A DNA stretch of 63,703 nt, counting the filler, from Reticulomyxa filosa (Eukaryota; Protista; Foraminifera), in assembly GCA_000512085.1 (NCBI GenBank). It is 23 parts of 23 records of this genome, joined end to end, with 100 filler letters (N's around TTAATTAATTAA, not from the genome) between each part and the next. Parts side by side here need not be neighbours in the genome. Positions count along the whole stretch, not along the records: positions 26,029 to 30,459 come from ASPP01013818.1; positions 30,560 to 39,981 come from ASPP01021385.1; 21 more parts are not named here. The stretch is one strand, 5' to 3'. The position numbers and the translations under genes are program-made. This document shows, one piece after another, positions 26,044-40,081 of the stretch (its first letter is position 1; every line of letters begins with the position of its first letter). Under the pieces are notes generated by a model. It ran no database searches. It saw nothing but the letters and a program-made list of their open reading frames with translations, and was not told where the DNA came from.

Positions 26044-27011
26044 TCAAACTTTAGTCAAAATGGCCGATTGAAAATGTTGCAATTCAGGATGTTCAAATTT
26101 GTGAGTTAAAAATTGCATCCAGTGGGTAACTTCCAAATAGCCATCATTTTCTTCGTCATCTTGACTGATCAACAAGTCATACAATTTCTCTACTTGCTTT
26201 TCATTCAGATCTACTTTCAGCTTTTGTAATCCTTTTGTGAACTCTTTCAAATCGACATCCTGTTCGTTCGATTCTGCCAAATACTCTTCAAAGATCTTTT
26301 TGCACCATTCCTTTTTTTTTTTTTTATTTTTTTTGGCATATGTTGTTCAGTACACATAGTGTTCGATTTTTAAATGTAATACTTATATTTTAATATTTAC
26401 TTAGGTTTTTTTTTTTTTTTCTTTTCTCCAGGAAAAAAAGAGGACCTTTTCTTGTTGGATTTTTCGTATTTCATCTTGGGGTGATCCCGCTCTTTGAGAC
26501 AATAATTTGCTTGGTCGGTGTGTAGAATCGGCGCTGGTCAATGATCGACTGACTGTTGCTTCCTCAGTCGTCTTATCTTTATTGTCCTTGTGTCCATTAT
26601 TATCGCTTTCATCATTTGACAAGTCTTCGTTTATCTTTTTTTTAATTGGAAAAAGTATGTGTTTGCAAAAAGGTCTAGCAACACACACACACACACACAC
26701 GCAAAAAGTCCACATGTACAAACTCACAAATTTGGGTACATTTTATTCTTAACTCCTGGAAGTCTGTATTGACTGTACTTGGATGCCATATGTGCAATCA
26801 CAGAAATATCCTTGTTACCTCCCTTTCCGGCAACAGATGGAGAACGTGGCTGGAACTGCACTTTTTGGGAAAGTGACCTTGTTGGTGTGGCTGTACTGCT
26901 CGCATTTGTCTCCTTTTCACTTGATTCACTTTCCATGTCCTCTTCGGACCCACTGTTTAAGTTTAGGTCTTGCTCTTTCTTCGAACTTTCTCCCAAATCC
27001 ATATCATTCAT
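26044..27011 (-). CDS. EF-hand-like protein (partial, multi-exon)
   Basis: KIFEEY...DVDLKEFTKGLQKL...QVEKLYDLL...NDGYLEVTHWMQFL forms a helix-loop-helix pair. Upstream exons are disordered and Ser-rich. Confidence 0.6.
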
Positions 27012-28059
27012 TCTGTTAAAGTCTCTTGTAATAAATTTAAAATTTATCTATTGTTGCTGTTCAAGTAATATATCGAGTAGATATTTTAATAAACAATAGC
27101 CTTTTTTTAAAAGGAAGGGGGGGGGGGGGAAGAAAAAAGAACACTGTTTTACGGGTGAGGTAATGTTCTTGAGTTTACAGAAGTAATCAATTACTTGCAT
27201 CATGCCAAGATTTATATTTTAGACGGCACACCGCAAAATTTTCATTTTTTGTTTTTTTTTGCTTGGTATGAAATGGGAAATAACGTGTTATATTATTATT
27301 TTTTGAATTTATTGGAATTAAATCATTTAAATGTATTCAATCTTTGAAGTTCCAATAACTTTTTTTGTTGCTGCGTCTCTCAATAATCTTGAGACATTTT
27401 TAAATAATCAATATGTATGCAAACCAAAAAAATAGTAAATTGTTCGTTAGTTCAAAAGAAATAAAGTAGCACCTCTTTGCCTTTGCTTTCTTTTGAAAAG
27501 AATGTAACAAAGAAAAACCCTTTTGGAAAAAAACAAGCTCTTTTGACATAAAACATTTTTTGTTTTGTTTAACAAAATACAAAATCAAAGTCATTCTTGC
27601 TGGTTTTTCGTCTCCAAATTGATAAACAAATCAAAAAGTTTGAATTGATAAAGTCCGATAATATTTTGCTATTTTTAATAAGAAAAATCAACTATGAATG
27701 CATATATTTTTCACATTAAACTTTAGAAGTCCACGCAAAATATATCAAGGTGGATGAAAACGGAAAATGACTGAAAGAAAATTGTCTATGCTCTTTTACA
27801 GAACAATTTTGTAGATATGGTTGTAACAATGAGAGATAAGACATAATTTTTTAACGTCAAGCGGAGTCCTAAAACACATGGAATAGATCCAAAACAAAAA
27901 AAAAAGATCAAGTATAATGTGAATCTGCAGCAAAAATCATGTGATGAAGGTAGAATAGCAATGCTTTTTTCTTTGAGAAGAGTAGCATGCAATGCGAAAG
28001 AAAGGGGTTGATGAGCAATGCATACATATGGCAAGTATATATACATGTATATGTATATG

Positions 28060-28539
28060 TCAGTCAAATAACATCGAGTTAACATATCGAATGTTAAGAT
28101 CTCTATAGTTTGGAACAGGGGGTATGACAGGGTGTTGAACGTGGTTAATATTGCAAGTCTTATAAACATTAATTACATCCTGTATTTGTTTCAAATCACA
28201 TGCGTGTGCTTCTTCTTCGCTCACGCTACAATCATCACGAATACTATGAATACTGTTCCATTCAATTGTTTGCATCCAATTGTAGCCAACATATAGCACG
28301 TACGAACAAAACAGTAGGAGTGACAAATAAATGGGGATTGTTATGGCCCACATACGGTTCGGATAGTAATAGATACCCATTTCATGCCATGTTTTGTCAG
28401 GGACCAGCGCCCAGCAAAAATATAACACCAACAAAACGCGAAGAGATATCCACATCACAAATCCGAATATATCCCACGATTGAGAGTCTATCTTGTTATT
28501 TGCTCCTATATTTTCATCTTTTATAAAAAAATCCGACAT
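28060..28539 (-). CDS. PIGP: GPI-GlcNAc transferase subunit PIG-P (Gpi19)
   Basis: IFGFVMWI...LYFCWALVPD..HEMGIYYYPNRMWAITIP...PIPPV(P)..RDLNIRYVN is the PIG-P pattern. Intact and intronless. Confidence 0.9.
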   Translation of the reverse strand: MSDFFIKDENIGANNKIDSQSWDIFGFVMWISLRVLLVLYFCWALVPDKTWHEMGIYYYPNRMWAITIPIYLSLLLFCSYVLYVGYNWMQTIEWNSIHSIRDDCSVSEEEAHACDLKQIQDVINVYKTCNINHVQHPVIPPVPNYRDLNIRYVNSMLFD

Positions 28540-28889
28540 GGCTGATACAATCCTAATGCCACCTTATTTCGTTCATGCAAGGGGGGGAAAAGCTGAATTT
28601 TTCTGTCCGTTGAATGCAAACATTTTCTTCAAAAACCTTCGCTGCGTCAATGAACAATTTCGATTTACAAAACATTAATTGATTTTTAGAATACTTTAAC
28701 CTATTCTGTAATTGAAAGATTATACTGAGAAAAGATTTGTAATTTGAATTGCTCAAAGCAGAAAAATACGGAGCTATCAAGCTAAAAAAAAATTCAATAA
28801 AAAAGAGTCAAATACATTACGCAAGGACAATTATTTTTTGTATTTTTTTAGATTGTAAAAGTCCTTCCTTTTTCTCCTAAGAAAAGAAG

Positions 28890-30459
28890 ATGCAAATCGA
28901 TTCCACCAAATCCTTTGATCAAAATCTACCCATTCCAAGCGCTCCTCCAGGCTATCAGTCTGATTCTGATCAGCAATGGAGCTATCAGCAAGACTATCAG
29001 GGAGTATATCAGGAGGGTTGCCAACCCTTGTACCAGTGCCAACCTCACATTTACCAACATCCAGAATATCCCACTCATCAAGTTCGAAGTTGGCGTGTGT
29101 GTATATATGTAAGGGAAAAAAGAAAAGGCGTGTTTGCATAAAAAGAGGCTTTATGCACCCAATGTTATGTATCACGACGAATAGCCTCCTTCCTCCTCTC
29201 AGAAGGGGAAAGAATAAAAAAGAAAAGGATGGAGCCACTCGAAAATTGGAGGCTTTTTTTTTTTTTTTTGTGACTTGGTTGCTTGTTTACATTGGTCATT
29301 ACTTGTCGAATCAAAACAAAACACGCACCAAACAAAATTAAAAAAGGACAACAAAGAAAGGCTGTTAGGAGAAGGGATAAGTAATTTTAGTTGTGGTACT
29401 GGAGAATTTGGTGATCGAATGGATTTCAATAATCGACAATGGAGAGATCTCTGGGCATTGGTATTGTGGTTGTGTGCAATGGTGGCAATGGCCTACAGTT
29501 TGGTGAATGTGTACTACGAGCATATTGAAGATGTGAAAAAGACCAGAATAAAAATACAATATTCATTATTGGCATTTTGGCTATCGTTGGAATGACAACC
29601 GGATTTGTGTGGATCGATGTTATGAAAAAGTAAGTCCATTTTTTTTCTTTTTTTTTATCTTTTGGCATCTATACGTGCAAGATTTTATTTCATTAGGTGT
29701 GGAGCTGCAATTATCAAAATCATGCTTTATCTAAACTGTTGAGTTCTTTTTGTGTGCGTGTGTATCAGGCTTGGCTCTTTTTTTTTTTTCTTGCTCTCTT
29801 TTCCTCTTTCTCTGCACTTTTGGATGGACTCGAATTTATTTGATCGGTTGGTTTTGGATAGTGTTTTTGTGGGCCATTATGGTGTTGGCGTGTTTGGCAA
29901 TGAACTTGATCTTACCTTCCGTTGTTGCTTTCGTGTGTTTCGTATTGTTTGTTGTCTATTTTTATTTTGCAAAGGCACGTATCCCCTTGGCAACCGCAAT
30001 GCTGGTGAGTATGGACAAATATACAAAATAATGTGTCCATTTTTGCTGGTTTTTTTTTTTTTTTTTTTGTGCTTCTTTTATACACACAATACATATCCTA
30101 CATACATTCATATATTTGTATATTTATATATTCGTATATACGTTTATATAAACAACATATATGACACATACATCAATCAGTCCCATTAATCAATAACTAA
30201 TAAATAAATTCGTACAGAACATTGGTATTAAAATTATCAATCAACACTGTTCCACTTGGATGTTGCAGTTCATTACTGTGACATTGCAAGTTTTGCTTTG
30301 TTGTGGTTTTTTTTTTTTGGATGTAAAGGAAAGGGATTAACTTCTGCAAAAAAAAAAAAACACGTGTACGTACGAACAAAGATTGTGTGGATTATTTGGT
30401 GGGGAGCAGTGGCCTATGGCTATTCAAACAGACACGCGGATAGCAGTCTTGTGTTGGTT
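28890..30459 (+). CDS. Choline-transporter-like (CTL/SLC44/Pns1) membrane protein, 5' part
   Basis: Pro/Tyr/Gln-rich N-terminus, WRDLWALVLWL, YFAKARIPLATAML, and multiple TM exons. Truncated by the contig end. Confidence 0.8.
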
Positions 30460-30590
30460 NNNNNNNNNNNNNNNNNNNNNNNNNNNNNNNNNNNNNNNNN
30501 NNNTTAATTAATTAANNNNNNNNNNNNNNNNNNNNNNNNNNNNNNNNNNNNNNNNNNNNAAAAAAAAAAAAAAATAGAACTATGTTTCTG

Positions 30591-31016
30591 TCAAGTAATT
30601 TTAGTGTACGTAAGTTTACACACAAAATAATAATAACTTACAGTGATGGCAGCATTGGGAACCACATTTCTTCTCTCAATACTTGGAAATGTGTGTCGAA
30701 GTCCAATATTTGTTGCGTCTAAACTAGTTTTTACTGAATTTTGATTGAATTGGATGCCTTCGTTTTGTGGGATTTGGTGAATCGTTGTCACATCCACAAG
30801 TGGCATAACTGTGTTTGAGACGTGCGTGCTAGCAAAATTCGGACATACTTGTGTCGAAGTGCAAGAATAGGGAGGATTTGTCTGAATATTGATATGACCA
30901 GGTACTGTATCACAACCTGCTATCGGTGTGACGGGGGAATGGGTCAGTGTTGGCAAGTGAAGAACGCTTGTCGTGCCTAGCAAACGGAAAGGCGTATTTA
31001 GGACCATTTGTGACAT
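30591..31016 (-). CDS. Hypothetical protein, first exon
   Basis: 141-aa ORF ending at a GTAAGT donor. No family recognised. Confidence 0.4.
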   Translation of the reverse strand: MSQMVLNTPFRLLGTTSVLHLPTLTHSPVTPIAGCDTVPGHINIQTNPPYSCTSTQVCPNFASTHVSNTVMPLVDVTTIHQIPQNEGIQFNQNSVKTSLDATNIGLRHTFPSIERRNVVPNAAITVSYYYFVCKLTYTKIT

Positions 31017-31343
31017 GGTTTTTCCTGACTCTCTGAGCCGCTACCAGTAAATGGTGTTTGTTAATGTTAAAATAATTTGCAGCCCTATCTGTGAAACAGG
31101 GTAAACTTTGAAATAAGTACACTCTTAATTTTTAAAGTGTTGCAAGAAAACTGGGAACCTTACAACACATACAAAATTTTTTACCCTTTATTTTGATTAT
31201 ATACTGCACTGCTATTTCAGCTAAAATTATTGATTTGTTATATTTAAAACTTACAGAATACATCAAATTGTTCTTCTTGTCTCTTTTTTTAGATCCTTGC
31301 GTTCCCAGGTACCCCTAATTTTAGTTTTTGCATTTTGATTATC

Positions 31344-33448
31344 ATGGATGAAAGTGCTCATAAACTTTTGAATGCTTGGGATGGGTTTCTTGGACTTAAT
31401 CAATTTAAGGTATATTTTGTGTGTATGCGAAGTACTTGAAAATACTAATATCAAACAAGAAGTAGCAGGGACAAAAGCACACAACAATGCACGCGAAATA
31501 GTGGAACTTATGTTTTGCCTTTCTCGTGGTGTTTGGGCAAGTAGGGCAAAATGTGTCATTGCCAATATGGTTTGCCAGTGTTCCGGGAGAAGTAGATCCA
31601 CTGTCAATACTAAGCTATGCTGGCGCAGCATTTTGCGTAATATTTTTTTTTTTGCTATTGATTGACTTGTGGCGAGGTCAGACAACATTGGAGCAATGTA
31701 AGACATTTAGTCGGCCTCGATATCTGCTGAAATATGCAGTTGTTGGAACGTGCAATGGGCTCAATGGCTTTTTTTTAGTCTTTGCAGCGTCAGTGACAGC
31801 GCCATTCTTACAAGCAATATTGGGTACCTTTCAAATTTTTTGGACTATCTTGTTTCGCTTTATAATCTTGAGAAAGCTGCCAAACGTTAGACAAACTCTA
31901 TATGCCGTTGGAGTTTTTTGTGGCTTATTTTTGGCCAGTGTACCAAGTGTCTTTGGTTTAGATATATCCAACAGCTTCAAAACCTCTGCCACGGGTATGT
32001 CATCTTTTACTAACTATTTGTCTTACACTGTCCGTGTGTTGTTGGGAGGCAATCTCGCGTTTTTGCGCGTGAGAGAAAGAGAAAGATCAAACAAACAAAA
32101 TTTAAAAAATAAATAAAGTTTGATAATATATTCGCAAATGTACAAAATTATAAAAGAAGAGGAGAGGAGAGGAGGGGGGGGGGGGAGGGAGCCGTGCAGG
32201 AAAAAAAAAAATCATGCACAAAAAATTTTTATTAAAAAAAAAAGGCGTATGGGAGTTGCTGTGGCCATTAATTTTTGCATCTTCATTTGCTCCATTGTAT
32301 GCATGCTAATTCTTTTTTTTTTTAGTGTATTGGAAGGAACGGAGGGGGGGGGCTGTAAAAGTGTCACTGCTTCATTGTCGACAATTTGTGAGACTCAACT
32401 GACAAATTAAAAATAAAACAAATAAACAAACAAACGATCACAAGTGCGATGATGATGGTATTTGGAGAAGACGTTTTGAAGGATACGTCACAAAGCTCAT
32501 TAGGATATCAGCAATTGAATCAGGGCGAAAGTAGTATGCGCAAAGGCAGCTACGGCGATGCTGATCCCGATGAGGTTAAACTGGAGAATGTCAATGTTTG
32601 GTTTTACTTGTTAATGCAAAGCTTTTTTCAGGGCCTCACATTTGTGGCTTTATTTTGGATGGATGCTTTGCCAACATTTGGTTTGTTTCGTTTTACTGCT
32701 TTTATCGATAAGATCATTCCCCTTGCTTGTTTTCTTGTTTTTTGGATTGACAGGAACGTGTCCTCATCATTTTAACTGCATCTTTGATAATTTGAAACAG
32801 AATTGGCACTGGTTTTTCGGTTTAGACGGTGCAGGATCAAGATGCAGTATTCGAGGTAATATTTCAATCTTGCTTTTTTTTTAATTATTCGCTTTTCTCA
32901 CTTCTATGTTGTTATGTTTTAACAATTACTACCATAATTACGTCGGCCATATCACGTGCGTTATTGCCTACCATTTGCAAAGCTTTGGTTTTTATTGGCT
33001 GTTATACAGGTGTGTAAAACAGAAAAACCATTAGAATTTTTTCAAGAATTTTCTCCGAGTACGACAAATTAATTGTTTCTATGTTGTAAACTGCAATTGA
33101 ATAAACTTAGTAAATTATATTGGCACATCCCAGATGTTACGTTACACAGAAGGCGCAACCTGGACTGCAGTAATATCCGCACTCGTCACTCCATTAGGTG
33201 GAATATTTTGGCTGGTTTTCGAAATACAAGGTACAAAAGTGGCATGGCATCCATCCTTTAATAGCTATTCTTCCTTTATTTTGGGAGGTTTAGTTTTCAT
33301 GGCCCCTTTCATCTATTTGTATGACAAAGAAGTCGAAACCGTTCCTGCAAAACGTCCTAAGCATGGAGTTCCTGAAAACGAAAATGATGGAGTGGGAAAA
33401 ATTGGGTCCATTCAAGACCCAAAAAAAGTTCATAAACTTGTTATGTAA
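31344..33448 (+). CDS. CRT-like (chloroquine-resistance-transporter family, DMT superfamily) transporter
   Basis: MDESAHK...FK|WNLCFAFLVVFGQVGQNVSLP (intron 31410-31501), VGTCNGLNGFFLVFAAS.TAPFLQAIL, LRYTEGATWTAVISALVTPLGGIFW. About 10 hydrophobic segments. Confidence 0.8.
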
Positions 33449-34133
33449 TGTTAGTTTTTTTGCTTCTGTTGTGTATTTGCTAAGTAAACTGCCAAAATTT
33501 TCGTGAAAACTAAAATTAATTTTTCTAATTTGCCCCAAAAAATTCGTCAAGTGCATTTTATTATGGTTTTGTGGATGCATTTTGTTTCCAAAATAAAACC
33601 AACTCGTTTGTCCAATATCCCCAAAGTAATAAATCCCAGTTTTAAAATTTTTGCTCATATGGACCAAACTTTATTTTTCCTTGTTGAAAACATCTTTTAG
33701 GCTTACTTTCGCATAAAATAGACATTAAAGAATAGAACTTTTTAATAGTAACATAGTGAGAGTTTCAAAGCACAAACGGTATTGCGGGTAAGCCCAAAAC
33801 AAACGGTCCAACAAAACATACAAACTGCTCACCCAAAAGTAAAATTAAAAATATTGTGAAAACCATGTCCAATTGTCTCGGAAGACGAAGAAGAAAAAAA
33901 TTTTCACCAATTCATGTCAGTTCAAGCAATAATGAAACAAAAGAGGTTAGAGCAATATAAACTAAAAAACACACAACACAAAACAATGAAAAACAACCAA
34001 AGCAAAAAGCGTGCTGTCCAATTGTATAAGAGTGGATTGCATGGGAGGAAATCTGAAAACTAAAAATCAAAAGAGGGAGAAAAAAAGGAAGAGATCTGTA
34101 AATGAAAAACAAAATAAAAATAAAATCAGGCTA

Positions 34134-37100
34134 TTAATGACGGTCTTGTTGTGACGCATTATTTGTCATTTGTGCAGTATTCACAGGATGAAGTTCTCTG
34201 GTTTTAATGCTCTCTTCATACAATGAATACAAATGATCCAACTGTTGTCCGTCATCATCAACCAGTGCAAAATCAAGGGATTCGTTAGTTATCCCTCGAA
34301 ATCTGGTACGGTCGTTATCATCTTTTTTTTGCTGTGCATTCAAGAGTTTACTTTTGGCGCGGCCTGATTCCATTGCACCAGATTGGCCTGTTGTCTGTGT
34401 TTCTGCTGAGGTGCTTCGTTCATTGCAAGGAAGAGATGTGCCATTTTTTGTATTGTGTTTGTCTGTTAACTGAACATCGTCATTTGAGCCCTATTTATTT
34501 CCAACAGTGTTCATCACATGATCAAAAATGAAAAAATAAATATTTTGTTTACACGAACATGTACCTTGAGCCACAAATGAAAGTGATGAAAATCATGAAG
34601 ATGCAAGTATTTGTCTTCTGTCAAATGCTGTCTAATAACCATGGCATACTCATCGACGACGCTTTGACACTGCTCACGTGTCGGAAGTAATGCAGTTCCA
34701 CCTTGCTGTTTTACCGACGAGTAACTTTTGGAGTTGTTTAAATGCAGCACCATTAGTGCATAAATCATGTCTTCCAAGCAACTTTTCAAATATTATTTAC
34801 AACATTTTCATTCATATATGAAGACAAAATAGCACATATACACATATACATATATGTGTATATGTGCACAAAATAGATGAAACGAGTACTTTTGTCGTAA
34901 ACAAGAGGTAATAGTGTAACTGTAACGGAACCAGTTTGCAACCTCTAGTATCGAATTTTTTCCACACGCAATCCAAAGCTTCTGTGCTGCACTTTTCCAA
35001 AAATTTGACAAAGGCACTGCAGTCTTGAATTTGCGCCATAAGCATATTCTTGGACATGTTTTGAATTAGTTCTGCGGTATCCCTGCTCATCGATTGTCGA
35101 TGATACGTTTTAACGGGAAATTTACAATTCCGACGTTTTCGACAACTCAAGCTCTGCGACACTTGTCTCTCCCTTGTCGGGCTGTTCTCACGGACGTCAC
35201 TGTCAATAGGATTGTCTGAGCTCGATTGACTTTTCAATGTTTTTTGGGCTCTCTTTCTATGTCGTTCTCGAGAATTGACAATGTGGTCAGAAGACACTGC
35301 ATTTCGAGCAGCAGACTCCATTAATTCTTCTTGTTTCTCTTTCCCATTCGCTTTGCTATCGTTTTCATAGTCTTCATTTGCTTTTACTTTATCTTTATCT
35401 TTTCCTCTTTCTTCCTCTTCTTCTTCTTCTTCCTCTTCCATTTCTTCGTCCGTTTCTCCCTTTTCGTCTCCAGCGCTGAACGTGTTATCAGGTGTCTTTA
35501 CCGGAGAACAGCTGCTGTTGGAGAGCTGGATGGAAAGCGGCGTTTTGTCTTGTGAAGAAGGCGGAGTCAACCGCAGCACACTCACACGAGACAGTGGAGC
35601 ATAGAGCTCCGCAGCACTATTATGAATTGCTCCGACGCTATCCAATGGGACATGGATGGGTCTGGGGATGGCTGCCATCGAACGTGTGACACTCTTCTTG
35701 TCTTTGCTCTGCTCATTGGGACGGATTACAAATATTGTTCCTCGAGTCTTGACACGGCGGCGAATATAAGGGGAAGTTCTTTCCAAACATTGTGTTGCAC
35801 AGAACTCATTTTTCTAACAATCAATAATAAATAATAATAACAGAAGATAGAGAAAGAAAATAATTGTGATAATATCAATATGTAATAATAATAATTAAAA
35901 ATGATAATAGTATTAGTAATGACAAATAACATAGTAATACAACTACCTGCTTTCGTAAACAGGACTTTTGCTGCGTTGTCGTTGTTGTCCCCGTTTTGTT
36001 GCTGGAAGTTCGTCTGTTGTTACGGACGCGTTGTCCCCCTCTTCTCCCGCGGATGAATCGCTTGATTCTAAAACCACAATTCCCTCTCCGACTCTCTGTT
36101 GATGATTTTGTTGCAAATGTTTCGCTGATTCCCAGCATTTAGATCTCCCTCCTCCCCTCCATACAACAGATATACAGATTTGAACGTATTGATAAACTTC
36201 AAGAATCCAAGTGGAAAAGAAGTGAAACTCTTCCTGATTGACAAAGCAATAGCGACAAAATTCCTGAATCAAATATGCTTTGACCCGTTGTGTCCATTTT
36301 TTCAAAGTTTCGGAATTGATGTGTTCCACGATGTTTTTGTATTGGCGAATGTTGCTAATCTTTTCAATGATTTGTAGTTTTTCTCGTCTTTTGGGCAAGG
36401 TGTCCTCTTCGTTTTTGCGTGCAGGAGTGGCACCATCACCATTACCATTATCATCACCGGGATGGCGAGAAATGGAGATATATTGTTGATACAAATATTT
36501 TAACAAAGGCAAAACGTTTTGCTCGACAATACCATTGTACTCTTTGTCCATGAAATGGTTCCATATATACAAGCGATCGGCATCTGCAATTTCGTTCCAT
36601 AAATAACCGACATAAGATATGCTAGGATCATTGGAAGAGCAAAGCCATTGCGTAATCTTGTGTCTCATATTGCGCGTAATCAAAAACTTTCTTTTATTCT
36701 CTATTTTCTTGCGCACAATTTTTAAAATGCTCGTGATACAATCCTTGCACTCTTCAAATCGGAGAATCGTAAAATAGTGCGCGGACGCGAGTTTTTTCTC
36801 ATCTTCTTTCGAGATAAGGCTTGACAGTGATGACGTGTCAACGACAGGAGTTTCATCCAACAACAATCCCATTTGTTGCAAGTCGTCGCTCGCTTCATCT
36901 CTGCGAATGGAAGATAAGGAAGGAGACACATTCGTGCTGACAGAGGGTAGGATAGGTTGTAGGTAAGTGTTTGATTGTCGATGGCCTTTTTTGTCTACAG
37001 CTATGGTTGCGGTGCGCTGTTTCGATTTGGCACTTGAAAAGAAAGAAGAAAGAGAAGAAGGAAAAGAAGGAGAAGGAGGAGATGAAGAAGATATTGAGGT

Positions 37101-37559
37101 AGTTGGAGGTTTCAAATGATAGGTATCAGGAGGATGACTAACAGGAATGGACGATGGCAATTGCTGTGAACCATTGGTCGTTGGGTTTTCACCGGCTGAG
37201 TGATGCTCGAACCGCGAAGGGCCTATGGTTAATGCGTCATGATCGTATGGATTCTTCTTGTGCAAATCACGCTCCAGCATCCAAATGTTCATGCATACGT
37301 GCAACAACAGCGCCATTTCCGCTTCTTTCAGGTGCTCCTTGTTCATCGAGTTTAGATAGCCCCACAACAAGTTCAGTGTGGACGTCGACTGCGCGTGCAG
37401 CCATTTGCCGAAACTTACCAATGTGTCACGTAAAGGGACATTATATTTCAATATATCTTGTCTGTCGTACTAACATTTCAAACAGTGGCACATATAAACA
37501 AGTTGTGTGAGGATACCACAACAAAGTTTGTCCGATTTTGTTGTTGTTGTTGTTGTCGT

Positions 37560-37590
<31 letters not shown>

Positions 37591-39822
37591 TTGGATTTTA
37601 AAACTAACACCTGTTGCATCAAATCTTTCCAATCACTTCCCGAAGCAATATGCGCCTTGAAATTTCTGGAAACTTCTTTGAGTATTTTCGCCCATTGTGG
37701 TGATAGATCTTTTCGTCGAATTGTCGTTGGCGTGACATTATTTTGTTCCTTTTTTGTTTATTGTTAATCCAATACTACATCGTTTAGGCTTGGTATTCTT
37801 GTTGTTTGTTGTGAAAAAACTCACCTTGGAAAACCAAACGCCGAATTGGTCAAAGTGCTGTCGACACAACTTCTTTTCCGAAAACGTGCGATCGTAGTCT
37901 CGGCCATAGGGAGACTGAATGACCTTCAATTTCTCAATTACAATCTTTCGAAGTCTATCAATAGACAATGCGAACTGTCTCTCTTGTGGAATCAACTGTT
38001 CACGCAGTTGCAGCTCTTGCAAATAATACTGTCGAATGACCGCGTACAGCAATGATCTAAGCAGACGAATGGGGATGCTTTGAATTCTCTGAGTATCAAG
38101 TTGATTCCATATCATATCGAGTGTCGTCTCTGGGGCATTTCGTAAGAACCTGGACAGTCTTTCTGTTGATTGAGAGACCAGCCAATTCAAATAAATACAA
38201 AAAATATAAATATATATATATGTATGGCATATACATATATATTTCCTGTTCATTACAAAATGAAATAGAGTAGGACATGCCTTCGTCAATAAGAAATTCC
38301 AGTGGTCGTGTTGAATTGTCACCACGTCTATAATTTCCATTTGCATTGAGTGGAAAGGTGTGTCTCTTTCCATTGGTAGAGGATGACGACTTCTCTATCA
38401 CACACAAGTGCGTTGACTTGGCGTTGGAGTTGTCATCATCGCCCTTTTTAGCATGGGTTCGTGGCGGTGGAGGCGGGGGTGGGGGAGGAGGAGGAAGAAG
38501 GAGAGGAAGAGGTGGCGGGGGAGGTGGGGCTGCCTTGCCCCCGAGAGATCGTCGTCGAGTGGAAGGCAGAGGCGCGCTTTCTTGTTGGCAGAGTGAATGT
38601 CTGGGTTGTGATGAAATTGCAATCGTCTTGCGCGTAGCCTTCAACGACGTACTTTGTCGGTGGTCTTTCGCCATCTTCTCCATATTGCTTTCAGTGACAT
38701 ATTTTGACGTTTCGATTGCACAACAACCACTGACGGACTTGTGCATCCTTGCTGATTCGTTGTCTCCGTCCCACGGCACTTATAGTCGTGCGTATATATC
38801 GACGACGCTTTCGCGATGCTGCCGCTCGATGGTGGATTGTCCTGATTCGTGTCTGCATGACCGTCGGCACGGATAGGCTGCAAAAGTCGCTCTTTCAGTC
38901 GTCGCGTGATGCTATCAAAGTGTAACAGTCGAGTGTCCAACGACCGAGAAGGAGGGGTGTCTTCTACCCTATCTTTGGGCTTGCTCAAGTCGAAGGACTC
39001 CAAAGCAAGGCCTTGCTTATCCAATACTTGCTTGGATTTACCGCAAACAGGATTCAATTCCATCGATTTGGGAGATGGCAGCATCACTGGAGAAGTTTCT
39101 TCTGCTTTGGTCGCGTCTTTCAGAGACAGCGGACTGATATCAGATTTTTTCGTTTGGTTGGGCTATTTTGTATTTTATAAATATATGTATGTATATAATA
39201 TAAATATATATATATTATATATGCATATATGTACGTATTATATTATATGCCATATAAACATACATACAGCGCAAACATGAGTTGCTTGTTCTTGTGAAGC
39301 TTTGAGTGAAAGTGCGTGAAATAACAACCACGTCACTTCTGCACTTTCCATTTTATCTTCTTTAAACTGTTTGTCATAGGCTTCTGCACATTCGATTGGA
39401 GTGAACTCTGCCGCTGTTTTGGCGTTGATATTCGCTCTGCACGCCAAGAGCAACGCCACAATCTCGACATTATTGTTGCCTGCCGCTAAATGCAAAGGGA
39501 GCCCCGACGATGCCCCCTTGCATGTCTGTCAATATAAGCAAAAGAAATAATAATAATAACAAAAAATAAAAAATATACATACATGTATATATATGTGTAT
39601 AAAACCTTACTCAACATTATTGACATTTGCTCCAAAAGAAAGGAGTGTAAGTACGCAATGGAAGCGATTGTGAGTTGCAGCATAATGCAATGGCGCATGC
39701 CCTGTGGCGTCGCACACATCAATGTATCTATCGCACGGCTCATCCAAATTAGTAAGTGCCGCGGTCAGTTTGTCGCACAACCCGTCACGAGCGTAAGTGC
39801 ACAATTTGTCTACAATTTTCAT
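34134..39822 (-). CDS. Large multi-exon protein with N-terminal ankyrin repeats and repeated EF-hand-like helical modules
   Basis: TGHAPLHYAA...LLSFGANVN and PLHLAAGNNNVEIVALLL...ANINAK, then co-oriented exons with a recurring L..(I/L/V)W..(L/F)(D/N) motif. Joining into one gene is inferred. Confidence 0.7.
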
Positions 39823-40081
39823 GTCAATCTGTTTCTAACAATCCATCATCACACTTCCATTTATGCAAATGAATTTTTTTGAAGAGAAAAAAAAAAATTT
39901 AAAAAAACGTGCAAATGCAATTTTTGCACGTTAAAACACAATTTTTTTTTCAATATGTAACATCAATACATTTGTTGGTTGNNNNNNNNNNNNNNNNNNN
40001 NNNNNNNNNNNNNNNNNNNNNNNNNTTAATTAATTAANNNNNNNNNNNNNNNNNNNNNNNNNNNNNNNNNNNNNNNNNNNN

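Noticed and set aside
38346-38876. Long antisense ORFs overlapping real exons (also 42221-42595, 54944-55894)
   Set aside because: Shadow ORFs of GC-richer or repetitive coding sequence with no independent motifs.
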